Below are positions 49,706 to 60,283 of a stretch of DNA of 64,000 nt, one piece after another. The DNA lies in assembly GCA_963825135.1 (NCBI GenBank), contig CAWGRW010000009.1, positions 1,568,001 to 1,632,000 of the forward strand. The letters are read 5' to 3'. This DNA comes from an uncultured bacterium. GTDB taxonomy: Bacteria; Desulfobacterota_D; UBA1144; Nemesobacterales; UBA2774. The notes below the pieces were generated by a model. The model worked only from the letters and a program-made list of their open reading frames with translations, was not told where the DNA came from and did no database searches. The translations under genes were made by a program, and so were the position numbers. Position 1 is the stretch's first letter. Each line of letters opens with the position of its first letter.

Positions 49706-50348
49706 TCTTGAATTACCTGATTCGTTTCTTTCCCTCTTAGAGGCGGGGGGTTTAAATCTTGAAAAACATAAAGAATACGTACGCTCGTATTTCTTAAAGA
49801 GAAGGTCCCGCCTTTCCAATGCCGATATAGAAAAGAAAAGCCGCCTGATATCGGCCAACCTCGGGCGTCTGGAGTCGTTTGTCCGGGCTAGGAGAATCGG
49901 GTTATACTGTCCGGTCCGGAACGAGGTAGATACCGGGTATATATATTTTCAGTCTCCGGAGTCCGGGAAAGAGGCCTACTTCCCGAGAGTAAACGGAACG
50001 AGCCTGACTTTTCATAGAATCTTAAACCTTAACGAACTACTACCCGGGAAATATGGTATCCCGGAACCGCATTCGGAATCGCCTGCCATCGCGCCCGAGA
50101 ATCTGGACCTGGTCCTCGTACCCGGAGTTGCCTTTGACCGCGCCGGAGCGAGGCTCGGCTACGGGAAGGGGTATTATGACCGGCTGCTGACTCATATCCC
50201 TCCGAACAGAAGGGTCGGGCTTGCTTACTCGCTTCAGATGTCGGATGGTCTCCCCACCGGGGAGACGGACGTCTCTGTGGGTTCTGTGGTAACCGAATCG
50301 GGAGTAATTTTTTGCGGTAGAAATGAAGGAGGAAACCAAAATGAATGA
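49641..50348 (+). CDS. ygfA: 5-formyltetrahydrofolate cyclo-ligase (start uncertain)
   Basis: NEVDT, YGIPEP, LVLVPGVAFD..RLGYGKGYYDR; the only in-frame starts upstream of the fold (49566/49632/49641) lie inside zapA. Confidence 0.9.
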   Translation: MKEFLERNSEEKNWKTLTNTGDLELPDSFLSLLEAGGLNLEKHKEYVRSYFLKRRSRLSNADIEKKSRLISANLGRLESFVRARRIGLYCPVRNEVDTGYIYFQSPESGKEAYFPRVNGTSLTFHRILNLNELLPGKYGIPEPHSESPAIAPENLDLVLVPGVAFDRAGARLGYGKGYYDRLLTHIPPNRRVGLAYSLQMSDGLPTGETDVSVGSVVTESGVIFCGRNEGGNQNE

Positions 50349-51903
50349 GCTGATAATCACCGCGGCTGCTTCAGTTGTGGCTTTTGCTTTGGGATACCTG
50401 GCTAATCACCTCTATAGACGGATGTTATTGAACAAGAAGATAGGTCTGAAGAAGGACGAAGCCGAGATCATAATCGAGAATGCCAGAAAGGAAGCCGAGA
50501 AGATCAGGATACAGGGAGAGTTAAAAGCGAAGGAAATTGTCGAGAAGAGGAGTTCCGAAGTCGAGAACGAGTCGAGGGAGAAGCAGAGGGAAGCGTTTAA
50601 GGTTGAAAAGCGTCTCCAGAAACGCGAAGAAATCCTCGATAAGAAATACGAGGCTGTCGAAAAGAGGGAATCCGATAACTCGAAGAAGGAACAGGATCTC
50701 GTACGCAAGGATCAGGCCCTAGCCGACAAACAGAAGGAACTCGACGGCGTAATAGACGAGGCCAGGAAAAAGATAGAAGACATCGCCGGCATGACCCAGG
50801 AAGCGGCCAAGAACGAGCTCGTGAACATCATCGAAGACGAGGCGAGGCATGAGGCGGCCAAGAAGCTAAAGCAGCTCGAGGACCAGCTCCACGAAGAGTC
50901 CGAGAGAAAGGCGAAGGACATAATAGCCCTCGCTATACAGAAGTATTCCGGCGAATACACGAGTGAGAAGACGATATCGGTCGTCAACCTCCCTAACGAC
51001 GATATGAAAGGAAGGATAATCGGACGGGAAGGGAGGAACATCAGGTCAATCGAAGCCCGGACGGGAGTCGACATTATCATCGACGATACCCCTGAGACCG
51101 TCGTTATATCTTCGCTGAACCCGATAAGAAGGCAGGTCGCGAGGGTGTCCCTCGAAAGGCTGATAGATGACGGCAGGATTCACCCTGCACGAATCGAGGA
51201 AATCGTGAGCGAAGTCGAAAAAGAAATAGAGCGCGAGATTCAGAAGGCGGGGGAGGCGGCTTTATTTGACCTCGGCTTGCCGTCGATGCATCCGGAGCTC
51301 ATTAAGCTTATCGGAAGGCTCAAATACCGGACGAGTTATTCTCAGAATATATTGAACCACTCGATAGAGGTCGCGTTCATCTGCGGGATACTTGCCGCCG
51401 AAATAGGATACGACATCAAGCTCGCGAAGCGGGCCGGTCTCCTACACGATATCGGGAAAGCGGTAGACCACGAGATCGAAGGCTCGCACGTGGACATCGG
51501 CGAGGACCTCGTGAGGAAATACGGAGAGCCCAAAGAGGTGATCGAGGCCGTGGCGCTCGGGCACGACCCGTCGCCCCAGTCCCTGATAGCTATACTCGTT
51601 CAGGCATCCGACGCCATATCGGCCGCGAGGCCGGGGGCGAGGAGAGAGACCTACGAGGCCTACGTGAAGAGGATAGAGGATATCGAGAGCATCGCGGCCT
51701 CCTTCAGGGGAGTCGAAAAGTGCTATGCGATACAGGCCGGTCGCGAAGTCAGGGTTATCGTTGAGAGCTCAAAGGTGAACGACGAGGAAGGCGCGCTCCT
51801 GTCCCACGAGATAGCGAAGAAAATCGAGAAGGAAGTCGCATATCCGGGACAGATCAAGATAACGGTAATAAGGGAAGTCAGGTCTACGGCGTTTGCGAGC
51901 TAG
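50341..51903 (+). CDS. rny: Ribonuclease Y
   Basis: N-terminal TM, coiled coil, KH domain KGRIIGREGRNIR, HD motif LLHDIGK. Confidence 0.97.
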   Translation: MNELIITAAASVVAFALGYLANHLYRRMLLNKKIGLKKDEAEIIIENARKEAEKIRIQGELKAKEIVEKRSSEVENESREKQREAFKVEKRLQKREEILDKKYEAVEKRESDNSKKEQDLVRKDQALADKQKELDGVIDEARKKIEDIAGMTQEAAKNELVNIIEDEARHEAAKKLKQLEDQLHEESERKAKDIIALAIQKYSGEYTSEKTISVVNLPNDDMKGRIIGREGRNIRSIEARTGVDIIIDDTPETVVISSLNPIRRQVARVSLERLIDDGRIHPARIEEIVSEVEKEIEREIQKAGEAALFDLGLPSMHPELIKLIGRLKYRTSYSQNILNHSIEVAFICGILAAEIGYDIKLAKRAGLLHDIGKAVDHEIEGSHVDIGEDLVRKYGEPKEVIEAVALGHDPSPQSLIAILVQASDAISAARPGARRETYEAYVKRIEDIESIAASFRGVEKCYAIQAGREVRVIVESSKVNDEEGALLSHEIAKKIEKEVAYPGQIKITVIREVRSTAFAS

Positions 51904-51968
51904 TCGTGAATCCGGGCTCTGTATTTCCCGATTCCAATATTTTAACTCGCGTACACAAACTAATATTC

Positions 51969-52004
51969 CCCGTGCCGGCTGTAACAGCCGGCACGGGTTT
52001 CTTT
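51969..52004 (+). terminator. Rho-independent terminator after rny
   Basis: Perfect 13-bp stem CCCGTGCCGGCTG-taa-CAGCCGGCACGGG followed by TTTCTTT. Confidence 0.85.
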
Positions 52005-52021
52005 ATAGTGCTTACGAGTCC

Positions 52022-54745
52022 TTATTTTTCATTAAGAGCGCCCTTGGCCGCGGCGAGTCTCGCTATCGGCACCCTGTAGGGGGAGCAGCTCACGTAGTCT
52101 ACACCTATGGAGTTCGAGAGCTCGATCGATTGCGGGTCTCCTCCATGTTCCCCACATATGCCGACCTTGAGCTCCGGCCTCACTTTTCTGCCTTTCACTA
52201 TCGCCAGCTTCATTAGCTCCACCACGCCCATGTCGAGCGTGAGGAACGGGTCTTTCTCAAGGATGCTGACATTCTTCCCGTTAAGCATCACCTTTTCGTT
52301 CATGTACGTCTTTATAATTTTCCCGGAATCATCCCTCGAGAGCCCGAACATCATCTGCGTAAGGTCGTTTGTGCCGAAGGAGAAGAACTCGGCCTCGGTG
52401 GCTATCTGATCGGCCGTCACTGCTGCTCTCGGTACCTCTATCATGGTGCCTATCTTGTATTTTATTTTCTTCTTCGACTTTCTGAGGACCTCGTCGGCCA
52501 CCTGCTGGATCACGTCTTTCTGCGCCTTCATTTCCGTAACCATGGCCACGAGCGGCACCATTATTTCGGGGACCGCTTTTACGCCCTCATCCGCCACCCC
52601 GCACGCCGCTTCCATAATAGCCGTCACCTGCATTTTTGTGATCTCGGGTATCAGGATGCCGAGCCTGCACCCTCTCAAGCCGAGCATGGGATTGAATTCG
52701 TGGAGGTCCTGCACCCTCTGGAGGAGCAATTTTTTTCTTTCGAGGCCTTTTGAAGACTGCTGTTTCAGCTCCGATTCCTTAACATCGAGCATCAGCTCCT
52801 CGAGTTTCGGCAGGAACTCGTGCAGCGGCGGGTCGATCAGCCTGATGGTGACCGGGCGTCCCTTCATATTGCGGAAAAGCTCTTTGAAGTCGTTCCTCTG
52901 CATGGGTAGGAGCTTCGATAAGTATTTAGCCCTCTCTTCGGCTGTCTGGGAGAGTATCATGTCCTGCATTATCGGTATCCTGTCTTTGGCGAAGAACATA
53001 TGCTCGGTACGGCAGAGTCCAATGCCCTCGGCGCCGAACTTAAACGCGATTCTCGCGTCCTGCGGAGTGTCCGCGTTGGTCCTAACTCCCAACGTCCTGA
53101 TCTTGTCCGCCCATTTCAATACGGAGGTGAATATCCTGTAGTTTTCGGAGTCCTCCGGTCTTATCGTTTCCTCGACGACCTGTATTATGTCGGACGGTAT
53201 CACGGGCACGTGGCCGGAATAAACCTTTCCTTCAAACCCGTCGAGGGATATGAATTCGCCCTCTTTCACGGTGACTTCTCCGGTCGTAAAACGCCTGTTC
53301 TTTTCATCGATGTTTATGTCCTCCGCCCCCACGATACAAACCTTGCCCATCTGTCTTCCCACGACGGCAGCGTGGCTCGTCCTTCCTCCCCGGGCGGTCA
53401 ATACGCCCTTTGAGGCGGCCATCCCCTTAATATCGTCCGCGCTCGTTTCCTTTCTGACAAGAATGGTGCTCTTGCCTTCGCCGGCGAACCTGACCGCTGT
53501 ATCCGCGTCGAGAGCGACGGCTCCGGATACCGCTCCCGGAGACGCCGCGAGCCCTGTGGCTATAACTTTATGTCTCTGTTTCTCTTCCGGATTGAATATC
53601 GGGAACAGGAACTGCTCGAGGTGTTCGGGCTCGATCCTTGAAATCGCCTCTTCCCTCGTAATCAGTTTTTCGTTTACCATGTCGTAGGCGATTTTTAAGG
53701 CTGCGATGCCGGTTCTCTTCCCGTTCCGCGTCTGGAGGAAATAGAGCTTCCCCCTCTCAATCGTGAACTCGAAGTCCTGCATGTCTTTAAAATGTTTTTC
53801 GAGTGTGTTCGCGATCTTCGTCAGCTGCTTGTACGCCGAGGGAAGCTCGCGCGCTAGCTCCCTAATATGCTTCGGGGTCCTGATTCCGGCTACCAGGTCT
53901 TCGCCCTGCGCGTTCATCAGGCACTCGGCGTAGAGACTCTTCTCCCCGCTCGCGGGGTCCCTCGTGAAACCGACGCCTGTTCCCGAATCGTCGCTCATAT
54001 TTCCGAAGACCATTGCCTGCACGTTGGCCGCGGTGCCCAAATCGTCGGGAATGCCGTATTGCTTTCTATAAAAAATAGCCCTCTCGTTATTCCAGGAAAG
54101 GAAGACTGCGCGGATCGCCATGTGTAACTGGTCGAGGGGGCTTTGAGGGAATTCCTCCTTTACCTTTTTCCTGACGAGCCGTTTGGAATGGCGTACGACC
54201 TCTTTTAAAATTTCAGGGGTGAGCTGAGAGTCGCTCTTCACGCCCGCTTTTTTCTTTATATCCGCGAACAGGCGCTCGAACTCCTGTTTGTCGATACCGA
54301 ATACCACGTCCGAAAACATCTCTATAAGCCTTCTGTACGCGTCCCATACGAATACGGGATTATCGGTCCCGGACGAAAGACGTTCAGCTATCCTGTCGTT
54401 GAGGCCCAGATTTAAAATAGTATCCATCATGCCGGGCATCGAAAACTTGGCTCCGGAGCGCACCGAAACCAGGAGCGGGTTTTCCGGGTCGCCCAGCTTT
54501 TTGCCTATGAGCTTTTCAAGCTTCGAAACGTTGAGCTCTATTTCCTTTAATATATATTCCGGTATATGTCTCTTGTGCACATAGAATTCCGCACACGCTT
54601 CGGTGCTTATGGTGAATCCGGGGGGCACCGGAATACCTATTCGTGTCATTTCCGCAAGCCCTGCGCCCTTGCCGCCCAGCAGGTCTTTCATGTTGCCTTT
54701 CCCCTCAGCTTTTCCGTTGCCGAACAAATATACGAATTTCTTCAT
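52022..54745 (-). CDS. ppdK: Pyruvate, phosphate dikinase
   Basis: LLGGKGAGLAEM, SVRSGA, TSHAAVV phospho-His, GLCRTEHMF, FSFGTNDLTQ, GICGEHGG. Confidence 0.98.
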   Translation of the reverse strand: MKKFVYLFGNGKAEGKGNMKDLLGGKGAGLAEMTRIGIPVPPGFTISTEACAEFYVHKRHIPEYILKEIELNVSKLEKLIGKKLGDPENPLLVSVRSGAKFSMPGMMDTILNLGLNDRIAERLSSGTDNPVFVWDAYRRLIEMFSDVVFGIDKQEFERLFADIKKKAGVKSDSQLTPEILKEVVRHSKRLVRKKVKEEFPQSPLDQLHMAIRAVFLSWNNERAIFYRKQYGIPDDLGTAANVQAMVFGNMSDDSGTGVGFTRDPASGEKSLYAECLMNAQGEDLVAGIRTPKHIRELARELPSAYKQLTKIANTLEKHFKDMQDFEFTIERGKLYFLQTRNGKRTGIAALKIAYDMVNEKLITREEAISRIEPEHLEQFLFPIFNPEEKQRHKVIATGLAASPGAVSGAVALDADTAVRFAGEGKSTILVRKETSADDIKGMAASKGVLTARGGRTSHAAVVGRQMGKVCIVGAEDINIDEKNRRFTTGEVTVKEGEFISLDGFEGKVYSGHVPVIPSDIIQVVEETIRPEDSENYRIFTSVLKWADKIRTLGVRTNADTPQDARIAFKFGAEGIGLCRTEHMFFAKDRIPIMQDMILSQTAEERAKYLSKLLPMQRNDFKELFRNMKGRPVTIRLIDPPLHEFLPKLEELMLDVKESELKQQSSKGLERKKLLLQRVQDLHEFNPMLGLRGCRLGILIPEITKMQVTAIMEAACGVADEGVKAVPEIMVPLVAMVTEMKAQKDVIQQVADEVLRKSKKKIKYKIGTMIEVPRAAVTADQIATEAEFFSFGTNDLTQMMFGLSRDDSGKIIKTYMNEKVMLNGKNVSILEKDPFLTLDMGVVELMKLAIVKGRKVRPELKVGICGEHGGDPQSIELSNSIGVDYVSCSPYRVPIARLAAAKGALNEK

Positions 54746-54804
54746 TGCATTATCCTTGTATAAGAAAATGTTTTAGTTCTTCCGACGGGTCTTGCCTTAA
54801 TGAT

Positions 54805-56893
54805 TTATGTGCTTAATTTTGAAAAATCCGCGATTTTAAAAAAAAGATCCCTTATTTCCCAGAGCATCGAAAGCCTGTTCTGTTTTAATTCGGGGTTCTC
54901 GTCCATCACGAGCACGTTATCGAAGAATCGATCCACCGGCTCTTTTAAATTCTTCATGACCGAAAGGGATCCCGAATAATCCCTCTCCGAGATTTTCCGC
55001 CCCACCATTTCACTTGTTTTCACAAATGATGAAAATAGCTCCTTCTCTACCGGCTCGACGAGCAAGAGGCTGCTGACTTCGCTCTTCGGCTGTCCTTTTA
55101 CTATATTCACCACCCGCTTGAATGCAACCCCCAGAGAATCGAAATCTGGCGCCTTGCGGAATTCGGCAAGGGCCTCTATTCTTCTCTTCACCTCGACTAT
55201 GTCGTCGAACCGGGCGCTTATCGCCGCTTCCACTACGTCCTGCGGGAAGCCGTCCGCAATCATGAGGTTCCTGAACCTCTCTTTTATAAAGCCCGTTATT
55301 TCGCCGAGTATATTATCCTGAGGGTCCGAGAACTTTCCACCGGTCTGACTGATAATTGCGCCTAGCCCCGCCCGGAAGAGCTCGGGGATGATCAGATGGT
55401 ACTTTCTTTCCAGTATTATATTGATTATTCCTATTGCCTGTCTTCTCAACGCATACGGGTCTGAGGTCCCGGTCGGAATAAGCCCCGACATGTAGCACGC
55501 CGAAATCGTGTCTACCTTGTCGGCGACGCTTATCACGGAGCCGAAGTCGGTCTCGGGCAGGTCCCCTTCGCGGGAAGTAGGTTTGTACTGCTCTTCGATT
55601 GCAGCCGCAACGTCGTTTTTCTCGCCCGCGAGCAGGGCATAGTATCTGCCCATGATCCCCTGAAGCTCCGGGAATTCGAATACCATCTGTGTGGCCAGGT
55701 CGGCCTTCGAAAGCTCCGCGGCCCGGACTATGTCGGCAAGCGTGTCCTCAAAACCGAGCTCTCTGCGCTATCTCCCCCGCGAGTTTCTTTAATCTCTCGG
55801 TCTTATCGTAATAGGTGCCGAGGTCCGATAAAAAAACCATGCCTTTTAATTTCTCTATCTTTTCGGAGAGCGGTCTCCCCCTGTCCTCATCATAAAAGAA
55901 CCTGGCGTCGGTAAACCTCGCCCTTATGACCCTCTCGTTCCCCTTTATCACGACGCTGCTGTCCTTCGCCTTCGTCCCCGCCACAAAGATAAAATGGGGC
56001 AGGAGCCTTCCGTCTCCCGATTTCGAGAGGACGGGGAAATATTTCTGGTGATTTTTCATGACGCTTATCAGGACTTCTTTGGGGAGCTCGAGGAATCCCT
56101 CTTCGAAATCGCCCTTGAGCACTACCGGGTACTCGACCAGGTAAGTGACGGTCTCAAGGAGCTCCTCGTCTTTTAGCGCGGTCCCTCCGATCCTGCCCTC
56201 AAGCTCGGCGATCCCTTTCTCTATCGAGCGCTTTCTCTCGTCCTGATCGAGGATAACGAAGCCCTTCCCGAGCCCTCCGGTATAGTCGTCCCAGCCCGAT
56301 ACGGTAAAAGGCTTCGGGTTCATGAACCTGTGCCCGAACGATTTCGCGGAGCTTTTCACTCCCTCTATGTCGAACCGTATTGTCTTGCCTCCGTAGACCG
56401 CGAGTATCCACCTTATCGGTCTTACGAACGCCGTCTCGCCGTCGCCCCATTTCATCGACTTCCTGAAGCGGAGCGCTCCGATAATACGGGGGAGCATTTC
56501 CTTAAGCAGCTTTTCCGTCTTCCGCCCCTTTATCCGTTTCACCGCCGCCAGGAACTCGCCCCTGTCCCTCTTTACGGTTACGAGCTCGCTGACCTCGACC
56601 CCCTGGGATTTTGCGAACCCGACAGTCGCGTTAGTGGGGCTGCCTTTATCGTCAAACGCTATCCTTATCGGAGGGCCGTATGACTCCCTTGTCTGATCCT
56701 CCTGCTTCTCGCTCAGGTCCCTTACCCGGAGCGTCAGTCTCCTCGGGGTGCCGAAGGACGAAATCCCCCCGTGCGGGATTGCGTTCTCGTCGAATTCGCG
56801 CCCCGAAATCTCGGACAGGTCCCTGATGGCTTCTTTCATGAAGCCGGCGGGGATTTCCTCCGTTCCTATTTCCAGTATCAGCTCTTTTTCCAT
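54805..56893 (-). CDS. glyS: Glycine-tRNA ligase beta subunit, split by a +1 frameshift near 55762
   Basis: [19 protein letters not shown] in the first [31 protein letters not shown] in the second; about 695 aa when joined. Confidence 0.93.
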
Positions 56894-57765
56894 GGATTCT
56901 TTTTCGCGAGGGGGAAACCCATCTCCTCCCTTTCAAGGAGATATCCCTCGGCGCACTGTTTCGCGAGCGCACGCACCCTGCCGATATAAGAAGCCCGCTC
57001 CGCGACGCCTATAGCCCCGCGCGCGTCCAGCAGGTTAAACGTGTGGGAGCACTTGAGACAGTAGTCGTAAGCGGGGAGGGGGAGCTTCTTCCGTATTAAC
57101 TTGCCGCATTCGGACTCAAACTTGTCGAACATGTCCCGCAGCATCACGGGATCGGACTCCTGAAAATTATATGTAGAGAATTCGAATTCGTCCCTGTGAT
57201 GGATCTCGCCGTATGTAATCCCCTTCGTCCATTCGAGGTCGTACACGCTTTCCACGCCCTGGAGGTACATCGCTATCCTCTCCGTGCCGTATGTAAGTTC
57301 CGCGGAGACCGGCTTCAGGTCTATGCCGCCCGCCTGCTGAAAATACGTGAATTGAGTGATCTCCATTCCGTCGAGCCACACCTCCCATCCGAGCCCCCAG
57401 GCGCCCAGGGTGGGGGACTCCCAGTCGTCTTCCACGAACCTGATATCGTGGGCGAGCGGGTCTATGCCGAGGTATCTCAGGCTGTCGAGGTAGAGGTCCT
57501 GAATATTGTTCGGCGACGGCTTTATCAGTACCTGAAACTGGTAATAGTGCTGGAGCCTGTTCGGGTTATCCCCGTACCTGCCGTCGGTAGGCCTCCTCGA
57601 AGGCTCGACGTAGGCTACGTGCCATGGCTCCGGGCCGAGGCACCTGAGGAACGTCGCCGGGTGGAACGTCCCCGCACCCTTCTCCAAATCGTAAGGCTGC
57701 ATTATTATGCAGCCCTTTTTAGCCCAGTAGCTCTGAAGCGATAGTATTAGTTCCTGAAATGTCAT
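56878..57765 (-). CDS. glyQ: Glycine-tRNA ligase alpha subunit
   Basis: [38 protein letters not shown]. Confidence 0.98.
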   Translation of the reverse strand: MTFQELILSLQSYWAKKGCIIMQPYDLEKGAGTFHPATFLRCLGPEPWHVAYVEPSRRPTDGRYGDNPNRLQHYYQFQVLIKPSPNNIQDLYLDSLRYLGIDPLAHDIRFVEDDWESPTLGAWGLGWEVWLDGMEITQFTYFQQAGGIDLKPVSAELTYGTERIAMYLQGVESVYDLEWTKGITYGEIHHRDEFEFSTYNFQESDPVMLRDMFDKFESECGKLIRKKLPLPAYDYCLKCSHTFNLLDARGAIGVAERASYIGRVRALAKQCAEGYLLEREEMGFPLAKKNPWKKS

Positions 57766-57968
57766 TTAATGTTCTTCAGCCCGAAAAATTCGAGGGAAAA
57801 TAATACCATTATTTACATTTTTTGGAAATCTTGGGGTGTAATGATTCAGGCTCCGGTGTTACGCGCCCGGCTCCCGGTTACTCGCCCGGACGAGACGATT
57901 CGCCGGGTGATTCGTCTCGGCGCCGTTCATAGACAAAAACCCCCTCTCAGGTATCTTTCCAATTCGTT

Positions 57969-59009
57969 ATGGCAAAGACCACTTACAAGAGCTCCGGAGT
58001 CGATATAGATGCCGGGAACCGCTTTGTCGAGCTCATAAGACCGCTCGCCGCAGCCACGCTGAATAAGCGCGTGCTCGGAAAGATAGGCGGCTTCTCGGGC
58101 GCGTACGAGCTTCCGCAGAAAAAGTACAGGAAACCCGTGCTCGTAGCCGCGACGGACGGCGTGGGGACCAAGCTCAAGATCGCCTTCATGACCGGGAGGC
58201 TCGATACGGTCGGGATAGACCTCGTGGCCATGAACGTAAACGACATCATCGCCTGCGGCGCCGAACCTCTTTTCTTTCTCGATTATATCGCCACCTCCAG
58301 GCTCAATCCCGAGGAGGCGGCGGAGATCGTGAAGGGGATAGTGAAAGGGTGCAGGGAGGCCGGATGTGCGCTCCTGGGCGGAGAGACCGCCGAGATGCCG
58401 GGTTTCTACGGCAAAGGCGAGTTCGATCTCGCCGGGTTCGCCGTAGGTATACTGGACAGGGACGAATTTATAGACGGCTCGGGCGTCAGGCCCGGAGACG
58501 CGGTCATAGGGCTCGCATCGAGCGGGCTTCATTCAAACGGATATTCGCTCGCGAGAAAGGTGCTCCTCGGAAAGAAGAGATACAAACTCGAAGATAAGCC
58601 CGAACCGCTTAGTCGGCCCCTTTCTAAGGAGTTATTAGAGCCAACCCGAATATATGTAAAAACGATATTGAGCTTGAAGAAGCAGTTCAGGATAAAAGCG
58701 ATTGCACATATTACCGGGGGCGGACTGTTAGAGAATATTCCCAGAGTCATGCCCAAAAAATACGCGGCGGCTCTCGATTCGTCTGCGTGGACTGTTCCAC
58801 CAATACTGGAGCTCATTAAGAAGGAGGGCCGTATTGATGACGAGGAAATGCGGCGTACATTCAACTGCGGGATCGGTCTCGTGATTATTGTCAAGTCTTC
58901 CGATGCGGGCCGGGTGCTGAAGAAGCTGCGCCTGCTAAAAGAAAAGGCGTACCTGATTGGGGAGATAGTCAAAAGGGGGAAAGGGGATCAGGGCGTGATT
59001 GTCAGATGA
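57969..59009 (+). CDS. purM: Phosphoribosylformylglycinamidine cyclo-ligase
   Basis: GVDIDAG, TDGVGTKL, GGETAEMPG, HSNGYSL, HITGGG, TFNCG. Confidence 0.98.
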   Translation: MAKTTYKSSGVDIDAGNRFVELIRPLAAATLNKRVLGKIGGFSGAYELPQKKYRKPVLVAATDGVGTKLKIAFMTGRLDTVGIDLVAMNVNDIIACGAEPLFFLDYIATSRLNPEEAAEIVKGIVKGCREAGCALLGGETAEMPGFYGKGEFDLAGFAVGILDRDEFIDGSGVRPGDAVIGLASSGLHSNGYSLARKVLLGKKRYKLEDKPEPLSRPLSKELLEPTRIYVKTILSLKKQFRIKAIAHITGGGLLENIPRVMPKKYAAALDSSAWTVPPILELIKKEGRIDDEEMRRTFNCGIGLVIIVKSSDAGRVLKKLRLLKEKAYLIGEIVKRGKGDQGVIVR

Positions 59010-59033
59010 CACTCGTAATGCTTATTCCGATCG

Positions 59034-60040
59034 CTATCTGATAAACCCGCCGAATTGATATATGAATGTGGCTTTTATATTCAGCTTCTCTAACGATCCC
59101 CAGCCTTCGGGGAAAGGAGCGTAGGGCGCTGCCGACCTGATCGCCCTTATGGCTTCGTTGTCGAGGCGCGCGTATCCGGACGAGTTCAGGAGCTCGATAT
59201 TTTCGAGGTCTCCGTTTCGCTTAATCGTGAAAACGAGAAAGAGCTGCCCCTCTTCTCCCCGGTAACGCGATTCCTCCGGGTAATGCCAGACGCTCTCTAT
59301 CTGACTCTTTAACTTCGAGAAGTAGGAGAGGTATCTGAATTCGGTTGTGCTAAGCTCAACCGTGTCCTCCTTCATGTTTACGTCCCGCGCTCCGAGATAG
59401 CCGTCCGATGTCTGCGCGCTCTGGGGGAAGGTGTTAGGGACATTGCTGAACAATTGCTCCCTGGTTATATTCGGTACTGCTCGTTCCTCATATTTTTGAG
59501 TAGTCGTTTTCTGACCGCTGGTGCCTTCTTTCAATTGCTCCTTGGGTAGCGATGCCAGAGTCTTGTCGCGCAACATGTCTTCCCTCTTGATGCTCTGATC
59601 GGTCTTCTCGTTCTTGGGTTTCTCGGCCACCCTGGTTTTGGGTTCCGCCTTCTTGACCGTCTTTTTAGGTTCCTGTTTCTTTGCTTCCTGCGCGGGTTTT
59701 TGAGGAGCCGCCGGTTTTTGCGGAGGGGGCAGGGCTACACTACCCCGCTTTGTGAACTCGTCCCTCGTTTTTTCTTTCTCCGCTATATGCGATCTTTCCG
59801 CAAGCCTCTTCGTTTGCTCGGGAGGCTTCGTTTCCTTCTCCTTCGGTACGGGCAGTTCTGTTATTTCGATATACTCCGGTTCCTTTTTTTCCTTCTTGGC
59901 CTGCTTGTCTATGATTTCGTTTTGATAAATTAATAAGCAGGGCGAGGATAACGAGGTGGATGAATACCGATCCGATTATAAACGGCGTTATCCGTTTCTT
60001 TCGGGTTCTTTCTCAGGTGCTTAAGCCTTATCTGCTTCAC
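59034..60040 (-). CDS. TonB-family energy transducer, 5' end disrupted by two +1 frameshifts
   Basis: C-terminal TonB_C (WHYPEE..SSGYARLDNEA); Pro/Lys-rich linker open to about 59940; TM with SxxxH (GSVFIHLVIL) in the adjacent frame; GTG 60040 in the third frame. Confidence 0.8.
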
Positions 60041-60283
60041 TCGTTATAATGATACCATTCTAAGTATTTATATTCTATTTTTGTGGCCGGTTTTCCATCA
60101 TGCTTTATAAAAAACTTGAATGTTGGAGAGTTGGAGGAAGCGGATTGCGCCCTCTCAAATAATAAACATAACGGCGCGCCGGTAAAATTCTGTAGACCTG
60201 GATAACGCATATGCCTACACGGCGGGAAAGGCGCGGAGGCATAAGTCGTTGGTATGATCCGGCTCACTCGCAGATGTGTACGA

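Noticed and set aside
57769..57968. T-box for glyQS or purine-related riboswitch for purM
   Set aside because: No T-box bulge consensus or pfl/ykkC motifs found; promoter candidates lie close to both starts
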